Below are positions 9,208 to 18,915 of a stretch of 64,000 nucleotides of DNA, piece after piece; the stretch's first letter is position 1, and every line of letters begins with the position of its first letter. A program made the position numbers and the translations under genes. The stretch lies in assembly GCA_965214605.1 (NCBI GenBank), contig OZ243961.1, forward strand, positions 1,120,001 through 1,184,000. Reading direction: 5' to 3'. The notes beneath the pieces were generated by a model. That model ran no database searches. It saw only the letters and a program-made list of their open reading frames with translations, and was not told the origin of the DNA. The stretch comes from an uncultured Candidatus Binatia bacterium. GTDB lineage: Bacteria; Desulfobacterota; Binatia; Bin18.

Positions 9208-10131
9208 TCAGCATTGTGTCGTCAGCACGACCCCACCAATCACTAAGAGTGTTCCAAACACATGGACGGCGGTGATCTGCTCACCAAGAAACACTACTGA
9301 AAACACGAGCACGATGACCGGAATGAGATTCATGAACACGGCCGCCCGATGTGGGCTGATATGCGTCAGGGCTTGATAGTACAACAGATTGGTCAGTGGC
9401 GAGAGGACACACAAATAGGACACAGCCGCAATCAAAATCGGACTGTACTCAAAGGCGGGCTGGAACGGCTCCTCAAAGAAAAAGACCGGGAGCAAAACTA
9501 CTGAGCTCACCAGGTAGGCGCTGGCCGTCGCCGCAGTGGGCGAGCGCTGGCGTAAGGCAATCCGGCTATAGACAGTATACACCGCCCAACTGATCTGGCC
9601 GATCAGGATCAGTACGTCACCCCAGTTGAACGAGCGCTGGAGCAGATTTTCCACCGACCCCTGACAGATGATGGCCACCAGGCCGATGGAGGACAAGACG
9701 ACTCCGGCGACGTTGAGCAGACTGAGTTTCTCCCTCAAAAACAGCCAGGACAGCAAGGTCACCCAGATTGGCGTTGCGGCGGCCAAGATGCCGGCGTTGG
9801 ACGACGTCGTCATCTTCAGCCCAACATAGAAAAGCCCGCCCGAAGCCAAGACCCCGCTAAAGGCCATGATCAGACTACTCTTGGGGTCTTTGCGGATTTC
9901 ACGCCACCAGTCCGGGTCTGACTGCCAGCCTAGGAGGTTGAGGACCAGGGCTCCAAATATTGTCCGGACGGCCATCAGAGTGAAAGTTCCGACCAGGGTC
10001 AGAGCGAATTTTCCGGCCGGGAAATTCCCAGCCCACAGACTGATGACACCGATGAGCAGGAGGTAAGCCACAGGCGAGCCGATGTCCTTTCTGGCGGCGG
10101 TGTGGGGGAAAAGGTATATGCTGGCTGGCAC
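9208..10131 (-). CDS. DMT/EamA family transporter
   Basis: About 10 TM helices, WAGNF, LREKL, GEQIT motifs. Confidence 0.88.
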   Translation of the reverse strand: MPASIYLFPHTAARKDIGSPVAYLLLIGVISLWAGNFPAGKFALTLVGTFTLMAVRTIFGALVLNLLGWQSDPDWWREIRKDPKSSLIMAFSGVLASGGLFYVGLKMTTSSNAGILAAATPIWVTLLSWLFLREKLSLLNVAGVVLSSIGLVAIICQGSVENLLQRSFNWGDVLILIGQISWAVYTVYSRIALRQRSPTAATASAYLVSSVVLLPVFFFEEPFQPAFEYSPILIAAVSYLCVLSPLTNLLYYQALTHISPHRAAVFMNLIPVIVLVFSVVFLGEQITAVHVFGTLLVIGGVVLTTQC

Positions 10132-10169
10132 AGAGACAAGCCAAGGGGCGCACCACGCACCGATCCGCT

Positions 10170-11777
10170 TCAGCCGTCTTCGAGGTCGGCCACAATCTCG
10201 GTCAGCCAGCGCGGATCAAGTTCGGGAACAGAGGCCACGAGCCGCTCGGTATAAGCGTGCTGGGGACGGGTCAGTACCTCGCGGACTGGACCGCGCTCTA
10301 CAATACGGCCTTGGTGCAGGACGAGCACCTCGTCGGCCAGAGATTTTACCACGCTTACATCGTGGCTGATGAATAGATAGGCCAGGCCAAGCGCTTTTTG
10401 TAACCCCTGGAGGAGCCGCACAATCCCCTCGGCAACAACAGGATCAAGCGCCGAGGTTACCTCATCACACACGACGACATCGGGTCGGGCCGCCAGGGCA
10501 CGGGCGATGCACAAGCGCTGCTTTTGGCCGCCCGAGAGTTCGGTGGTCCGGCGCCCGGCAAAAGCGGCGGGCAGCTCAATCATGTCTAGCAGTTCGGCAA
10601 CCCGCTTTTGCCGGACCCGACCTCTTAGTCCAAAATAGAATTCCACCGGCCGGCCAAGGACGCGGGCGATCGTGTGGCGGGGATTCAGTGCCACATCGGG
10701 CATTTGGGAGATCAGCTGCACCCGGCGCAGGGTGTCACGGCTGCGTTGGGTGTAGGACGTAGGGAGCGGCTGGCCGTCAAAGATCACAAGCCCTGACTGA
10801 GTTGGCAGCAGGCCGCTCACTACCCGGGCCAGCGTACTCTTGCCGCTGCCGGACTCCCCGACCATAGCGACGGTCTTTCCACGTTGGAGACAAAAACTGA
10901 GGTTGTCAAGAACAGGGGTTCCGGGGCGATAGCTCGCCCGCAAGTTCTGGCACTCAAGCACGACCGAGCTTGGGCGTCGAGACTGGCTGACCGTCCGTCG
11001 ACGCCAGGTGGCAAGCAAGCGACGAGTATAAGCGCGTTGCGCTCGGTTAAGAATATCTGGAGTGGACCCTTCTTCAACAACACGGCCGTGACGTAACACG
11101 GCGATCCGGTCTGCCAGCTGGGCGACTAGCGCCAGATCGTGACTAATGTACAGCGCGGCGGCACTGCGAGACCTGATGATCTTCTTGATCGTCACCAGGA
11201 CCGCGATTTGAGTCGTCGCATCCAGGGCCGCAGTCGGCTCATCAAAAATGATGAGCTCAGGGCGGCCCGCCATAGCCATCGCTAGCATGGCACGTTGGAG
11301 CTGGCCACCAGACACTTGATGCGGATAGCGCGTGCCGATTGTCGGTGGCAGGGCCAGCTGGGCGTACAGCCGGGTGACGCATTTGCGTGCCTCACGGGGG
11401 GAGAACAGACCGTGTTCGAGGGACGGCTCAATACACTGGGTCAGCAAGCGATGGGCGGGATTAAAAGACGCCGCCGCGCTTTGTGCAACATAGGCAATCC
11501 GGCTCCCACGGAGCTCGCGCAACTCAGCCTCGACCAGCGTATGGAGATCTCGTCCATCAAAGACGATGGAGCCCCCTGCAATACGGCAGCCGGTGCGACT
11601 ATAATACATAGCGGCCAGACCAAGTGTCGACTTGCCAGCTCCAGACTCTCCGATGATACCGAGCACTTCTCCACGATCAATGTGCAGATCAATCCCGTGT
11701 AGGATGGTCTGTCGTTGGCTGGCAACCCCTTCGACCTGTAAGTTGCGGATAGTGAGGAGGCGTTCCGACATCGTCAT
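10170..11777 (-). CDS. peptide/nickel-type ABC transporter double ATPase
   Basis: Two Walker A motifs (GESGAGKS, GESGSGKS), two SGGQ signatures and Walker B motifs. Confidence 0.93.
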   Translation of the reverse strand: MTMSERLLTIRNLQVEGVASQRQTILHGIDLHIDRGEVLGIIGESGAGKSTLGLAAMYYSRTGCRIAGGSIVFDGRDLHTLVEAELRELRGSRIAYVAQSAAASFNPAHRLLTQCIEPSLEHGLFSPREARKCVTRLYAQLALPPTIGTRYPHQVSGGQLQRAMLAMAMAGRPELIIFDEPTAALDATTQIAVLVTIKKIIRSRSAAALYISHDLALVAQLADRIAVLRHGRVVEEGSTPDILNRAQRAYTRRLLATWRRRTVSQSRRPSSVVLECQNLRASYRPGTPVLDNLSFCLQRGKTVAMVGESGSGKSTLARVVSGLLPTQSGLVIFDGQPLPTSYTQRSRDTLRRVQLISQMPDVALNPRHTIARVLGRPVEFYFGLRGRVRQKRVAELLDMIELPAAFAGRRTTELSGGQKQRLCIARALAARPDVVVCDEVTSALDPVVAEGIVRLLQGLQKALGLAYLFISHDVSVVKSLADEVLVLHQGRIVERGPVREVLTRPQHAYTERLVASVPELDPRWLTEIVADLEDG

Positions 11778-11977
11778 TGAGTATCACACTGAAAATTTTG
11801 ATTGATCAACACCTACCCACAGCATTGTCACCGGTTCATCCTCGTTTGAGCTCGCAGCCGGGATATCTGAAACTGCTGACCTCCGGAAAATAGACCTATT
11901 AGCTGTTTCCAATTGCCCAGACCGGGATCGTTCGGTCAGCTGCGCAAGCGATTTGAGCTGAACGACCAGTTCGAGGA

Positions 11978-12574
11978 GTGACTGGTGTGGAGCCATCCCC
12001 CGAGGTGTTTCGTCTGACCAGCAGTAAATGCAAGGCCAAATACCTCCGGAAACTCAGCACAGAGCATCTGTCCTGCGAGGTGCTAAAGCTGACAGACATT
12101 CGCAATCCAGATAAAAGTCGAAGATCGCTCAAGCTCCTCCAGATAGAAAACCCAGGCTTGCTCAATGAATTGGCCAGCTCGCTTGAGATGAGCAAGGAGA
12201 TCGTCACACAAGATCTTGATCTCTTGGAAAAAAGCGGCGAACGCCTCAAGCCCCATGCGTTCGTATTTTTGGCAAACGTATACCGCAAAGCTGATAGCGA
12301 CGCCGGTGAGGAGTCACAGGTCAGCTTGTCTGGTTTTGCGCTCAAATTCGCCTGTAAGCAGGTCCGCAAACCTGATACTTTTTCGGAGTACCAAGGCGCG
12401 ATGTGGGAAGCTATGAACAGAGAAAATTGGCTTTCTTTCACCCTCGGCGTACAGAAGGCGACCCCTACACCTGGGAAAAGAGGCTCCACACAGGCGTGCA
12501 ATAGGCGGCCCGCCTCTCTCAGTTATGAGTCGAACCGCCCGTTGAGGGCGATAACCAGTCAACAACCAGATTGA
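11978..12574 (+). CDS. hypothetical or decayed foreign ORF inserted antisense in the ABC operon, with possible HTH
   Basis: 198-aa ORF in a visibly lower-GC segment; NELASSLEMSKEIVTQDLDLLEKSG resembles a winged HTH. Confidence 0.3.
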   Translation: MTGVEPSPEVFRLTSSKCKAKYLRKLSTEHLSCEVLKLTDIRNPDKSRRSLKLLQIENPGLLNELASSLEMSKEIVTQDLDLLEKSGERLKPHAFVFLANVYRKADSDAGEESQVSLSGFALKFACKQVRKPDTFSEYQGAMWEAMNRENWLSFTLGVQKATPTPGKRGSTQACNRRPASLSYESNRPLRAITSQQPD

Positions 12575-13346
12575 CGCCGACCGTGAGTAGCGCAATCGCG
12601 GCGGCCGGAAAAAACGGGGCCGCTAGTCCAAACGGAATCGCCCCCGCGTTTTCGCGGACCATAGTGCCCCAATCGGCCGTCGGTGGCTGAATGCCTAGGC
12701 CAAGAAAACTGAGCGAACTGATAAACAGGAATACAAAGCAAAAGCGCAGACCAAATTCTGCCAGTAGCGGTCCAAACGTATTGGGCAACATCTCGTAGCG
12801 GACGATCCACCACCATCCCTCACCCCGCAACCTGGCCAACTCGACAAACTCCATCACCGCCACGTCCAGGGCCAGGGCTCGCGATAACCGGAAGACACGG
12901 GTAGCGCTCACCAGGACGCTCACCAGGACGACGGTCGCCGTCGAAGGGTTCAAAATCGACAGCAGCACCAAGGCGAGAATGAAGCTGGGAATAGCCATCA
13001 ATACCTCAACCACCCAGCTGAACAACGTATCGAGCCAGCCGCCAATAAGGGCGGCCGAGGAGCCGGCGACAACGCCGAGGACGAACGCCAACAGAGTCGT
13101 GAGCAGGGCTACTGAAACAGTATTGCGAGCGCCGTACAATAAACGCGACAACAGGTCTCTGCCAAGCTGATCCGTTCCAAACAACGCCGAGCGGCTTGAC
13201 GCCTCCCACACATCACCGATGACCTCGGTTTCGCCATACGGAGCCAGCACCGGGGCCAGCACCGCCGTCCCGAGGTAGACGACAATCAAGCTCAAGCCAA
13301 GTCTAGCGCTCAGCGGCACGGCTACGAGACTACGCAAAACAGACAT
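12519..13346 (-). CDS. ABC permease (DppC/OppC-like)
   Basis: FGTDQLGRD, LSFLGLGIQPP..DWG motifs. Confidence 0.93.
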   Translation of the reverse strand: MSVLRSLVAVPLSARLGLSLIVVYLGTAVLAPVLAPYGETEVIGDVWEASSRSALFGTDQLGRDLLSRLLYGARNTVSVALLTTLLAFVLGVVAGSSAALIGGWLDTLFSWVVEVLMAIPSFILALVLLSILNPSTATVVLVSVLVSATRVFRLSRALALDVAVMEFVELARLRGEGWWWIVRYEMLPNTFGPLLAEFGLRFCFVFLFISSLSFLGLGIQPPTADWGTMVRENAGAIPFGLAAPFFPAAAIALLTVGVNLVVDWLSPSTGGSTHN

Positions 13347-13348
13347 GG

Positions 13349-14302
13349 CTAGCTGCTCTGACGCAGCCGAGGATTACTCAGCATGACCAACACATCGGCT
13401 GTGAGGTTAAGCACCACGTACACCGAGGCAAAAATTAGGCCGCACGCCCGCACCACCGGTAGGTCACGTTTGGACACCGCGTCGACCAACAGCTGACCGA
13501 GTCCGGGATAAACGAACACCACCTCGACCACCACCACCCCGACGATCAAGAAGGCCAGGTTTAGGACAATGACGTTCATAATCGGCGACACCGCGTTGGG
13601 CAGGGCGTGGTAGACAATAATCCGGCTCGGAGACAGCCCTTTGAGCTGAGCCATTTCAATATACGAACTCCGCAGCAAGTTCAGAATCGCCGCTCGGGTC
13701 AGCCGTACCATATGGGCGCTGACGACCAGGCTGAGGGTCAGGACCGGTAGACTGAGGGCGTACAGTTTGTCGGCCAGCGACATACCGGGAGAGATAATCG
13801 ACACCGCCGGAAAGACGTGCAGCTGGACCGCAAAGACGGCCGTGACAAGATAGGCGATAAAAAAATCCGGCAGCGAAATCGTGCCCAGGCTAATAATCGA
13901 CAGGACTTTATCAATCCACCTCTCGCGGTACACCGCGGCCACAACGCCCAGGCTCAGGGCCAACGGAACCGCAATCAACGCGGTCACCGCCGCCAGCAAC
14001 AGGGTGTTGGCCAAACGCCCACCAATCAGTTCGGTCACCGCTCGCTGATTAGCCAGCGAGGTGCCGAGGTCGCCACGGACAAGAGCTGTCAGCCAGTCGA
14101 GGTAGCGGACATGCGGCGGTTGGTCTACACCTAGCTGGCGACGCAGGGCGGCGACCGTGTCGGGCGTTGCCGACTGGCCCAGCACCGCTTCGGCTACATC
14201 ACCCGGCAGGACCTCCAGCCCAAGCGATAGGATAAGCGAGATGACAAACAGGGTCAGCAGGCCAAGGGCCAGCCGTTGGGCGATCAAGGCCCGCAGATTC
14301 AT
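13349..14302 (-). CDS. ABC permease (DppB/OppB-like)
   Basis: PGD, GDLGTS, EAA-like loop, YPGLG, RDLP motifs; ATGA overlap with the SBP stop. Confidence 0.93.
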   Translation of the reverse strand: MNLRALIAQRLALGLLTLFVISLILSLGLEVLPGDVAEAVLGQSATPDTVAALRRQLGVDQPPHVRYLDWLTALVRGDLGTSLANQRAVTELIGGRLANTLLLAAVTALIAVPLALSLGVVAAVYRERWIDKVLSIISLGTISLPDFFIAYLVTAVFAVQLHVFPAVSIISPGMSLADKLYALSLPVLTLSLVVSAHMVRLTRAAILNLLRSSYIEMAQLKGLSPSRIIVYHALPNAVSPIMNVIVLNLAFLIVGVVVVEVVFVYPGLGQLLVDAVSKRDLPVVRACGLIFASVYVVLNLTADVLVMLSNPRLRQSS

Positions 14303-15885
14303 GGCCCGCCGTTCTCCCGTGCCCACCACCAGCGCTCGGCACACTTGCCGCCGTCAAGCTCCCGATGGCTGGCTAACTGTCCGAAGCGCAGCCGCCGGTC
14401 GACGGCACACACATCGGCGGCAAACAGCGGAATAATAGCCCCACCCTCATCCCGCACAATAGCCTGCATCTCGGCGTACTGCTCAGCGCGTTTTCGCTCG
14501 TCCAATTCCGCCTGGGCGGATCTCAGCAGCCGATTAAACCGTGGATGGCTAAAATGTGTGTCGTTCCAGGCCGCACCTTGGGCATAAGCGGTTGCAAACA
14601 TCAGACCTACGGTCGGCTGGCCGTTCCATGAACACACGCAAAAGGGCTTTTTGAGCCACACGTTTTTCCAATATCCATCGGCCGGCTCGCGGACGATCTC
14701 GATAGGAATACCCGCCTTTGCGGCGTGTTCCTGATACAGCACAGCTGTATCGACCGCGCCGGGAAAAGCGGCCTCCGAGGTGCTCAGCCGCAGAGCTGAA
14801 GAGCCCAGCCCGGCGCGCCGCATATGAAACCGGGCGCGGTCCGGATCGTAGCGCCGCTGTGCCAGGTGGGCGGCAAAATAGCGCTGCCCGTTCCTGATCG
14901 GATGATCATTACCAAGGCTGCCATAGCCGCGCAAAATGGTGCGTAACAGGGCCTCTCGATCTATGGCATATTTGAGCGCCAGGCGCGCATCGACATTATC
15001 AAACGGCGCGACATCGGTATGCATGGCCAGAGAGTAGTGTTTCGTCCCACGGGTTTGCAGCACCTGAATGCCGGGCAGGCGTTTCAAGAGATGCAGGGTT
15101 TTCAGCTCGCAGCGGTTGATGACGTTAACCTGACCGGTTTGCAGGGCGGCGGTTCGAGCGTTCACATCGGAAATGGCCAGCATTTCTATTGTCTCAAAGT
15201 GAGCACGGCCGGTCTTCCAGTAGTTGGAATTCCGCCGGGTCAGCGAGCGGACGCCGGGCTCAAACTGAACCAATTGATAGCCACCGGTCCCCAGGCCGGT
15301 CGTGACATCGCTGCGGTGAGGCTGAATCGTCAGGTGCACGTCGGCCAGCACAAACGGAAAATCGGCCTGACTGTCCTTGAGATCAAAGATCACCCCAGCC
15401 TTCCCATCCGGACGGATGCGGCGAATGTTGTCCAGCAAACTTTTTACCGGCGAGATCGAACTCTCGCCCCGATGATGGTTGATCGAGGTGACCACATCGA
15501 CGGCCTCAAGGGTTTTGCCGTTGTGAAACTCAACACCCCGTCGCAGTCGAAAGTACCATACTCTGGCATCCGAAGAGGCGTCCCAGCTCTCGGCCAACTC
15601 GGGTCTGGGCTCACCCTGTTCGTCTATCTCGACTAGAGTATTACGTAACTGGCCAAAAGACAGCAGGGTCATAAAGGCGTCTGATATACGGGCCGGGTCG
15701 AGCGAGTCGCTAGTGAAGCCACCCGAAATCCCCATCCGTAATTGACCGCCTTTCTGCGGAGTGATGGCACGCGCCTGAGCCAACAGTTCGGGGGCGGCCG
15801 AGGCCAGCCCTAGGGCCGCGACCGAGGCTAAGAACTGCCGACGGGACAGCGGGCTTGGAGCGGACGTGGCGGTCGACATAGGCAT
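14299..15885 (-). CDS. family 5 ABC substrate-binding protein with Tat signal
   Basis: SRRQFL twin-arginine motif; LAESW, LRRGVEFHNG, GTGGY motifs. Confidence 0.92.
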   Translation of the reverse strand: MPMSTATSAPSPLSRRQFLASVAALGLASAAPELLAQARAITPQKGGQLRMGISGGFTSDSLDPARISDAFMTLLSFGQLRNTLVEIDEQGEPRPELAESWDASSDARVWYFRLRRGVEFHNGKTLEAVDVVTSINHHRGESSISPVKSLLDNIRRIRPDGKAGVIFDLKDSQADFPFVLADVHLTIQPHRSDVTTGLGTGGYQLVQFEPGVRSLTRRNSNYWKTGRAHFETIEMLAISDVNARTAALQTGQVNVINRCELKTLHLLKRLPGIQVLQTRGTKHYSLAMHTDVAPFDNVDARLALKYAIDREALLRTILRGYGSLGNDHPIRNGQRYFAAHLAQRRYDPDRARFHMRRAGLGSSALRLSTSEAAFPGAVDTAVLYQEHAAKAGIPIEIVREPADGYWKNVWLKKPFCVCSWNGQPTVGLMFATAYAQGAAWNDTHFSHPRFNRLLRSAQAELDERKRAEQYAEMQAIVRDEGGAIIPLFAADVCAVDRRLRFGQLASHRELDGGKCAERWWWARENGGP

Positions 15886-16025
15886 AGCTTGGGTGGCGGA
15901 CGGGCCTCAGTCTGAGGCGTCTTTTGTCAGGGGCGTCACCGGGCTATGATAGTCAAAACTCGACAAGGGATATAGGGCCTCGGGCGTGAGGCCAAGAACT
16001 CTACCAAGAGGCGTTTAGGTCATCC

Positions 16026-16973
16026 GTGCCTTCCCCTCCAGATTCACCGCTGACGCCCTTTTTAGCTCGCAATGGCGTCTTGATTGTCGACGGGGGGCTG
16101 GCAACCGAACTCGAAGCGCTCGGCTATCAGCTTCCCGATGGACTGTGGTCAGCCCGCCTGTTAGACACAGCGCCTCAGGCTATTCAACAAGTCCATGCCG
16201 ACTATCTGGCGGCCGGCGCCGATTGCATAATCACCGCCAGCTATCAGGCCAGCCTGCCCGGCTTTGTAGACCACGGCTACAGCCAAAGCCGAGCCGTTGA
16301 GCTGCTTCGCACTTCGGTCGAGCTAGCCCTGAACGCGCGCGAGTCGTTTTGGTCCAAGGCCGGCAATCGGCCCAGCCGTCTGCGGCCGCTAGTTGCGGCC
16401 AGTATAGGTCCCTACGGCGCCTATCGTGCCGACGGTTCTGAGTACACTGGCCAGTACGGCCTGAGCGAGGACGAGTTGGTCACTTTTCATCGGCAGCGCT
16501 GGCAGCTCTTCGTCGCCAGCCAGGCCGATCTGCTGGCCTGCGAAACGATTCCCTGCGCGCTGGAGGCTCGGGCCTTGGCCCACCTGCTGAACGAAACGCC
16601 GGACAGCCGGGCCTGGGTCAGCTTCAGCTGTCGGGACGGACAGCACATCAGCGACGGCACGCCGCTGGCAGAAGCCCTGGCCCCGTTTGTTGACCTCCCT
16701 CAGGTGGTCGCGCTGGGCACTAACTGTACGGCCCTCCGCTATGTTTTGCCCCTGCTTGAGACGCTTCACAGCGTCACTGCCAAGCCGCTTATCGTCTACC
16801 CCAATTGTGCTCAGGGCTATGACAGACAGACACGGCGGTGGGGGGCGTCCCTCCTGGCCTGCGACTTTGCGGCCGCTGCTCAGACCTGGCAGCAAGCCGG
16901 AGCGGTGCTGATCGGCGGCTGTTGTCGGACCACGCCAAGCCATATTGCAGCCCTCCGCGCCCGCTTGGTATAA
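16026..16973 (+). CDS. mmuM: homocysteine S-methyltransferase
   Basis: DGGLATELE, GPYGA..ADGSEY, GTNC and GGCC zinc ligands. Confidence 0.9.
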   Translation: MPSPPDSPLTPFLARNGVLIVDGGLATELEALGYQLPDGLWSARLLDTAPQAIQQVHADYLAAGADCIITASYQASLPGFVDHGYSQSRAVELLRTSVELALNARESFWSKAGNRPSRLRPLVAASIGPYGAYRADGSEYTGQYGLSEDELVTFHRQRWQLFVASQADLLACETIPCALEARALAHLLNETPDSRAWVSFSCRDGQHISDGTPLAEALAPFVDLPQVVALGTNCTALRYVLPLLETLHSVTAKPLIVYPNCAQGYDRQTRRWGASLLACDFAAAAQTWQQAGAVLIGGCCRTTPSHIAALRARLV

Positions 16974-17027
16974 GACCGGACAGCAACCCTATCCGTAGCG
17001 TCACGGCTGGTGTCGAGGGCGAACGGG

Positions 17028-17543
17028 CTAATCAAACTCCAGCAGCGCAAACACGTCATGCGGGGCGAGATGCCGACGGCCATCCAAAGTGGTCAGTTCA
17101 ATCAGAAAGGCGACTTCAACCACCTCGCCTCGTAGCTGCTGAATGAGCTGCAGGGCAGCCCGGGCTGTACCACCGGTGGCTAATAGGTCATCAACTAACA
17201 AGACTCGACTGCCGGGTGCAAACGCATCTTGATGGATTTCTAAACGGTCGGTGCCGTACTCTAGTTCATAGTTGGCCGCGAAAGTTGCCGCCGGCAACTT
17301 TTCGGGCTTGCGCACGATCGCCAGGCCGCAGCCTAAGCTATAGGCAAGCGCTGTGCCGACCAGGAAGCCACGCGCCTCTATTCCCACGATCGTATCAACC
17401 CGGTCCCGATAGCGCTCGGTTAGGCGGTCAATGCACACGCGCCAGGCCGGACCGTTGGCCAGCAGGGGGGTGATGTCACGGAACATAATACCCGGTTTGG
17501 GAAAATCTGGGATGCTTCGGATGTAGGCTTTGAGGTCAAGCAT
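17028..17543 (-). CDS. apt: adenine phosphoribosyltransferase
   Basis: DFPKPGI.FRDITPL, EARGF, VDDLLATGGT motifs. Confidence 0.96.
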   Translation of the reverse strand: MLDLKAYIRSIPDFPKPGIMFRDITPLLANGPAWRVCIDRLTERYRDRVDTIVGIEARGFLVGTALAYSLGCGLAIVRKPEKLPAATFAANYELEYGTDRLEIHQDAFAPGSRVLLVDDLLATGGTARAALQLIQQLRGEVVEVAFLIELTTLDGRRHLAPHDVFALLEFD

Positions 17544-17559
17544 GACGGTCTCCGACGCG

Positions 17560-18297
17560 TTATTTACTGACTAGCTGACGGTCCGAGGGTAAGAGTTTGA
17601 GCGGATTCTGGGCTTTATTATGACGCCGAATCTCAAAATGCAAATTGGGGCCGGTAGTCCGTCCGGTCTTGCCAACGGCAGCAATCCGCTGGCCCTGTTT
17701 GACAGTCTGGCCCTGTTTGACGTAATGCGCGCTGTTATGGGCATACACCGAGGCATAGCCATTACCGTGCCGAACAATAATAACCTTCCCATAGCCTCGC
17801 AACACCCCGCTGTAGATGACTTCACCTGGAGCGACAGCCACGACCGGGGTGCCGGCCGGAGCGGCAATATCAATCCCATCGTGAAAACTGTTATTGCGCG
17901 GCCCATATTTCGAGGTTACGGTACCAGTAGCCGGCCAGATAAAACGACCCCGAGCTGGACGATCCAACTCATGTTTCTGCTCCTTAACAGCCGTCCGCCT
18001 AGCCGCGATACGTTGGCGCGTCGGCCCAGCCCGGGGCTGGGCGGTCTTCAATGAGTCGGTCCCGCCGTGCGGAATACGCAAGCGCTGGCCAACCTGGATT
18101 TTATCTGGATCAACAAGATTGTTCAGCTGGGAAATCTCTCGGAAAGGGATGCCGTAGCGCACCCCGATAGCAGACAGGGTGTCGCCCGGTCGTACAGTAT
18201 GAACCAGCTGTCTTGCCCCCCGTGAACACCCCGACATGCCCACGCACCAGAGCAGGATGAGCCCCAAGCCAAGGTATATCCGCCTCCGCACCGCCAC
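17560..18297 (-). CDS. LysM + M23 peptidase lipoprotein (NlpD-like)
   Basis: Lipobox MSGC, LysM (HTVRPGDTL), HDGID, YAHN and LHFEIR M23 motifs. Confidence 0.88.
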   Translation of the reverse strand: MAVRRRIYLGLGLILLWCVGMSGCSRGARQLVHTVRPGDTLSAIGVRYGIPFREISQLNNLVDPDKIQVGQRLRIPHGGTDSLKTAQPRAGPTRQRIAARRTAVKEQKHELDRPARGRFIWPATGTVTSKYGPRNNSFHDGIDIAAPAGTPVVAVAPGEVIYSGVLRGYGKVIIVRHGNGYASVYAHNSAHYVKQGQTVKQGQRIAAVGKTGRTTGPNLHFEIRRHNKAQNPLKLLPSDRQLVSK

Positions 18298-18306
18298 TCC
18301 CTCACA

Positions 18307-18891
18307 CTACCCATACCACCACCCCAGAACAACAAACCCGAGCAGCAGCAGAATGGTAAAGACTATTGTCAGGATGTTGAAGTATTTGTCAATAAAGGTC
18401 TTGATGGTCGGACCGTAATAATAAATCAGGCCGCTGATGAGCAAAAAGCGGGCCGAACGGCTCAGGATCGAAGCAATCACAAATGTCGCCAGCGAGAGCT
18501 GGGTCGCTCCCGCCGCAATGGTAAAAACCTTATACGGAATAGGCGTAAAGCCAGCAATGGCAACGGCCCAGCCCCCGTACTCCACAAACCGCTGCTGGAC
18601 CTCGGCAAACGCGTCCTGAGCGTTGTACAGCTCAATGATTGGCCGTCCGACCCCATCCATCAGCAGCCAGCCTATCAGATAGCCGCCCAGACCACCTGCA
18701 ACAGATCCGACCGAACAGATCAGAGCAAACCGAAAAGCCGCCCCCGGTTTGCCCAAGGCCAGGGCCATCAGCAGCACGTCGGGGGGAATAGGAAAAAAGG
18801 ACGACTCGACAAAAGCGATCAGCAAAAGGGCTAGACCGCCATAGCGATGGTCAGCCCAGCCGAGGACCCAGTCGTATGCCTGTCGAATCAT
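18307..18891 (-). CDS. YqaA/DedA (SNARE-associated) membrane protein
   Basis: ESSFFPIPPD, GFTPIPYKVF motifs. Confidence 0.88.
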   Translation of the reverse strand: MIRQAYDWVLGWADHRYGGLALLLIAFVESSFFPIPPDVLLMALALGKPGAAFRFALICSVGSVAGGLGGYLIGWLLMDGVGRPIIELYNAQDAFAEVQQRFVEYGGWAVAIAGFTPIPYKVFTIAAGATQLSLATFVIASILSRSARFLLISGLIYYYGPTIKTFIDKYFNILTIVFTILLLLGFVVLGWWYG

Positions 18892-18915
18892 TGAAAGCGG
18901 AAAGAATCATTCCGT

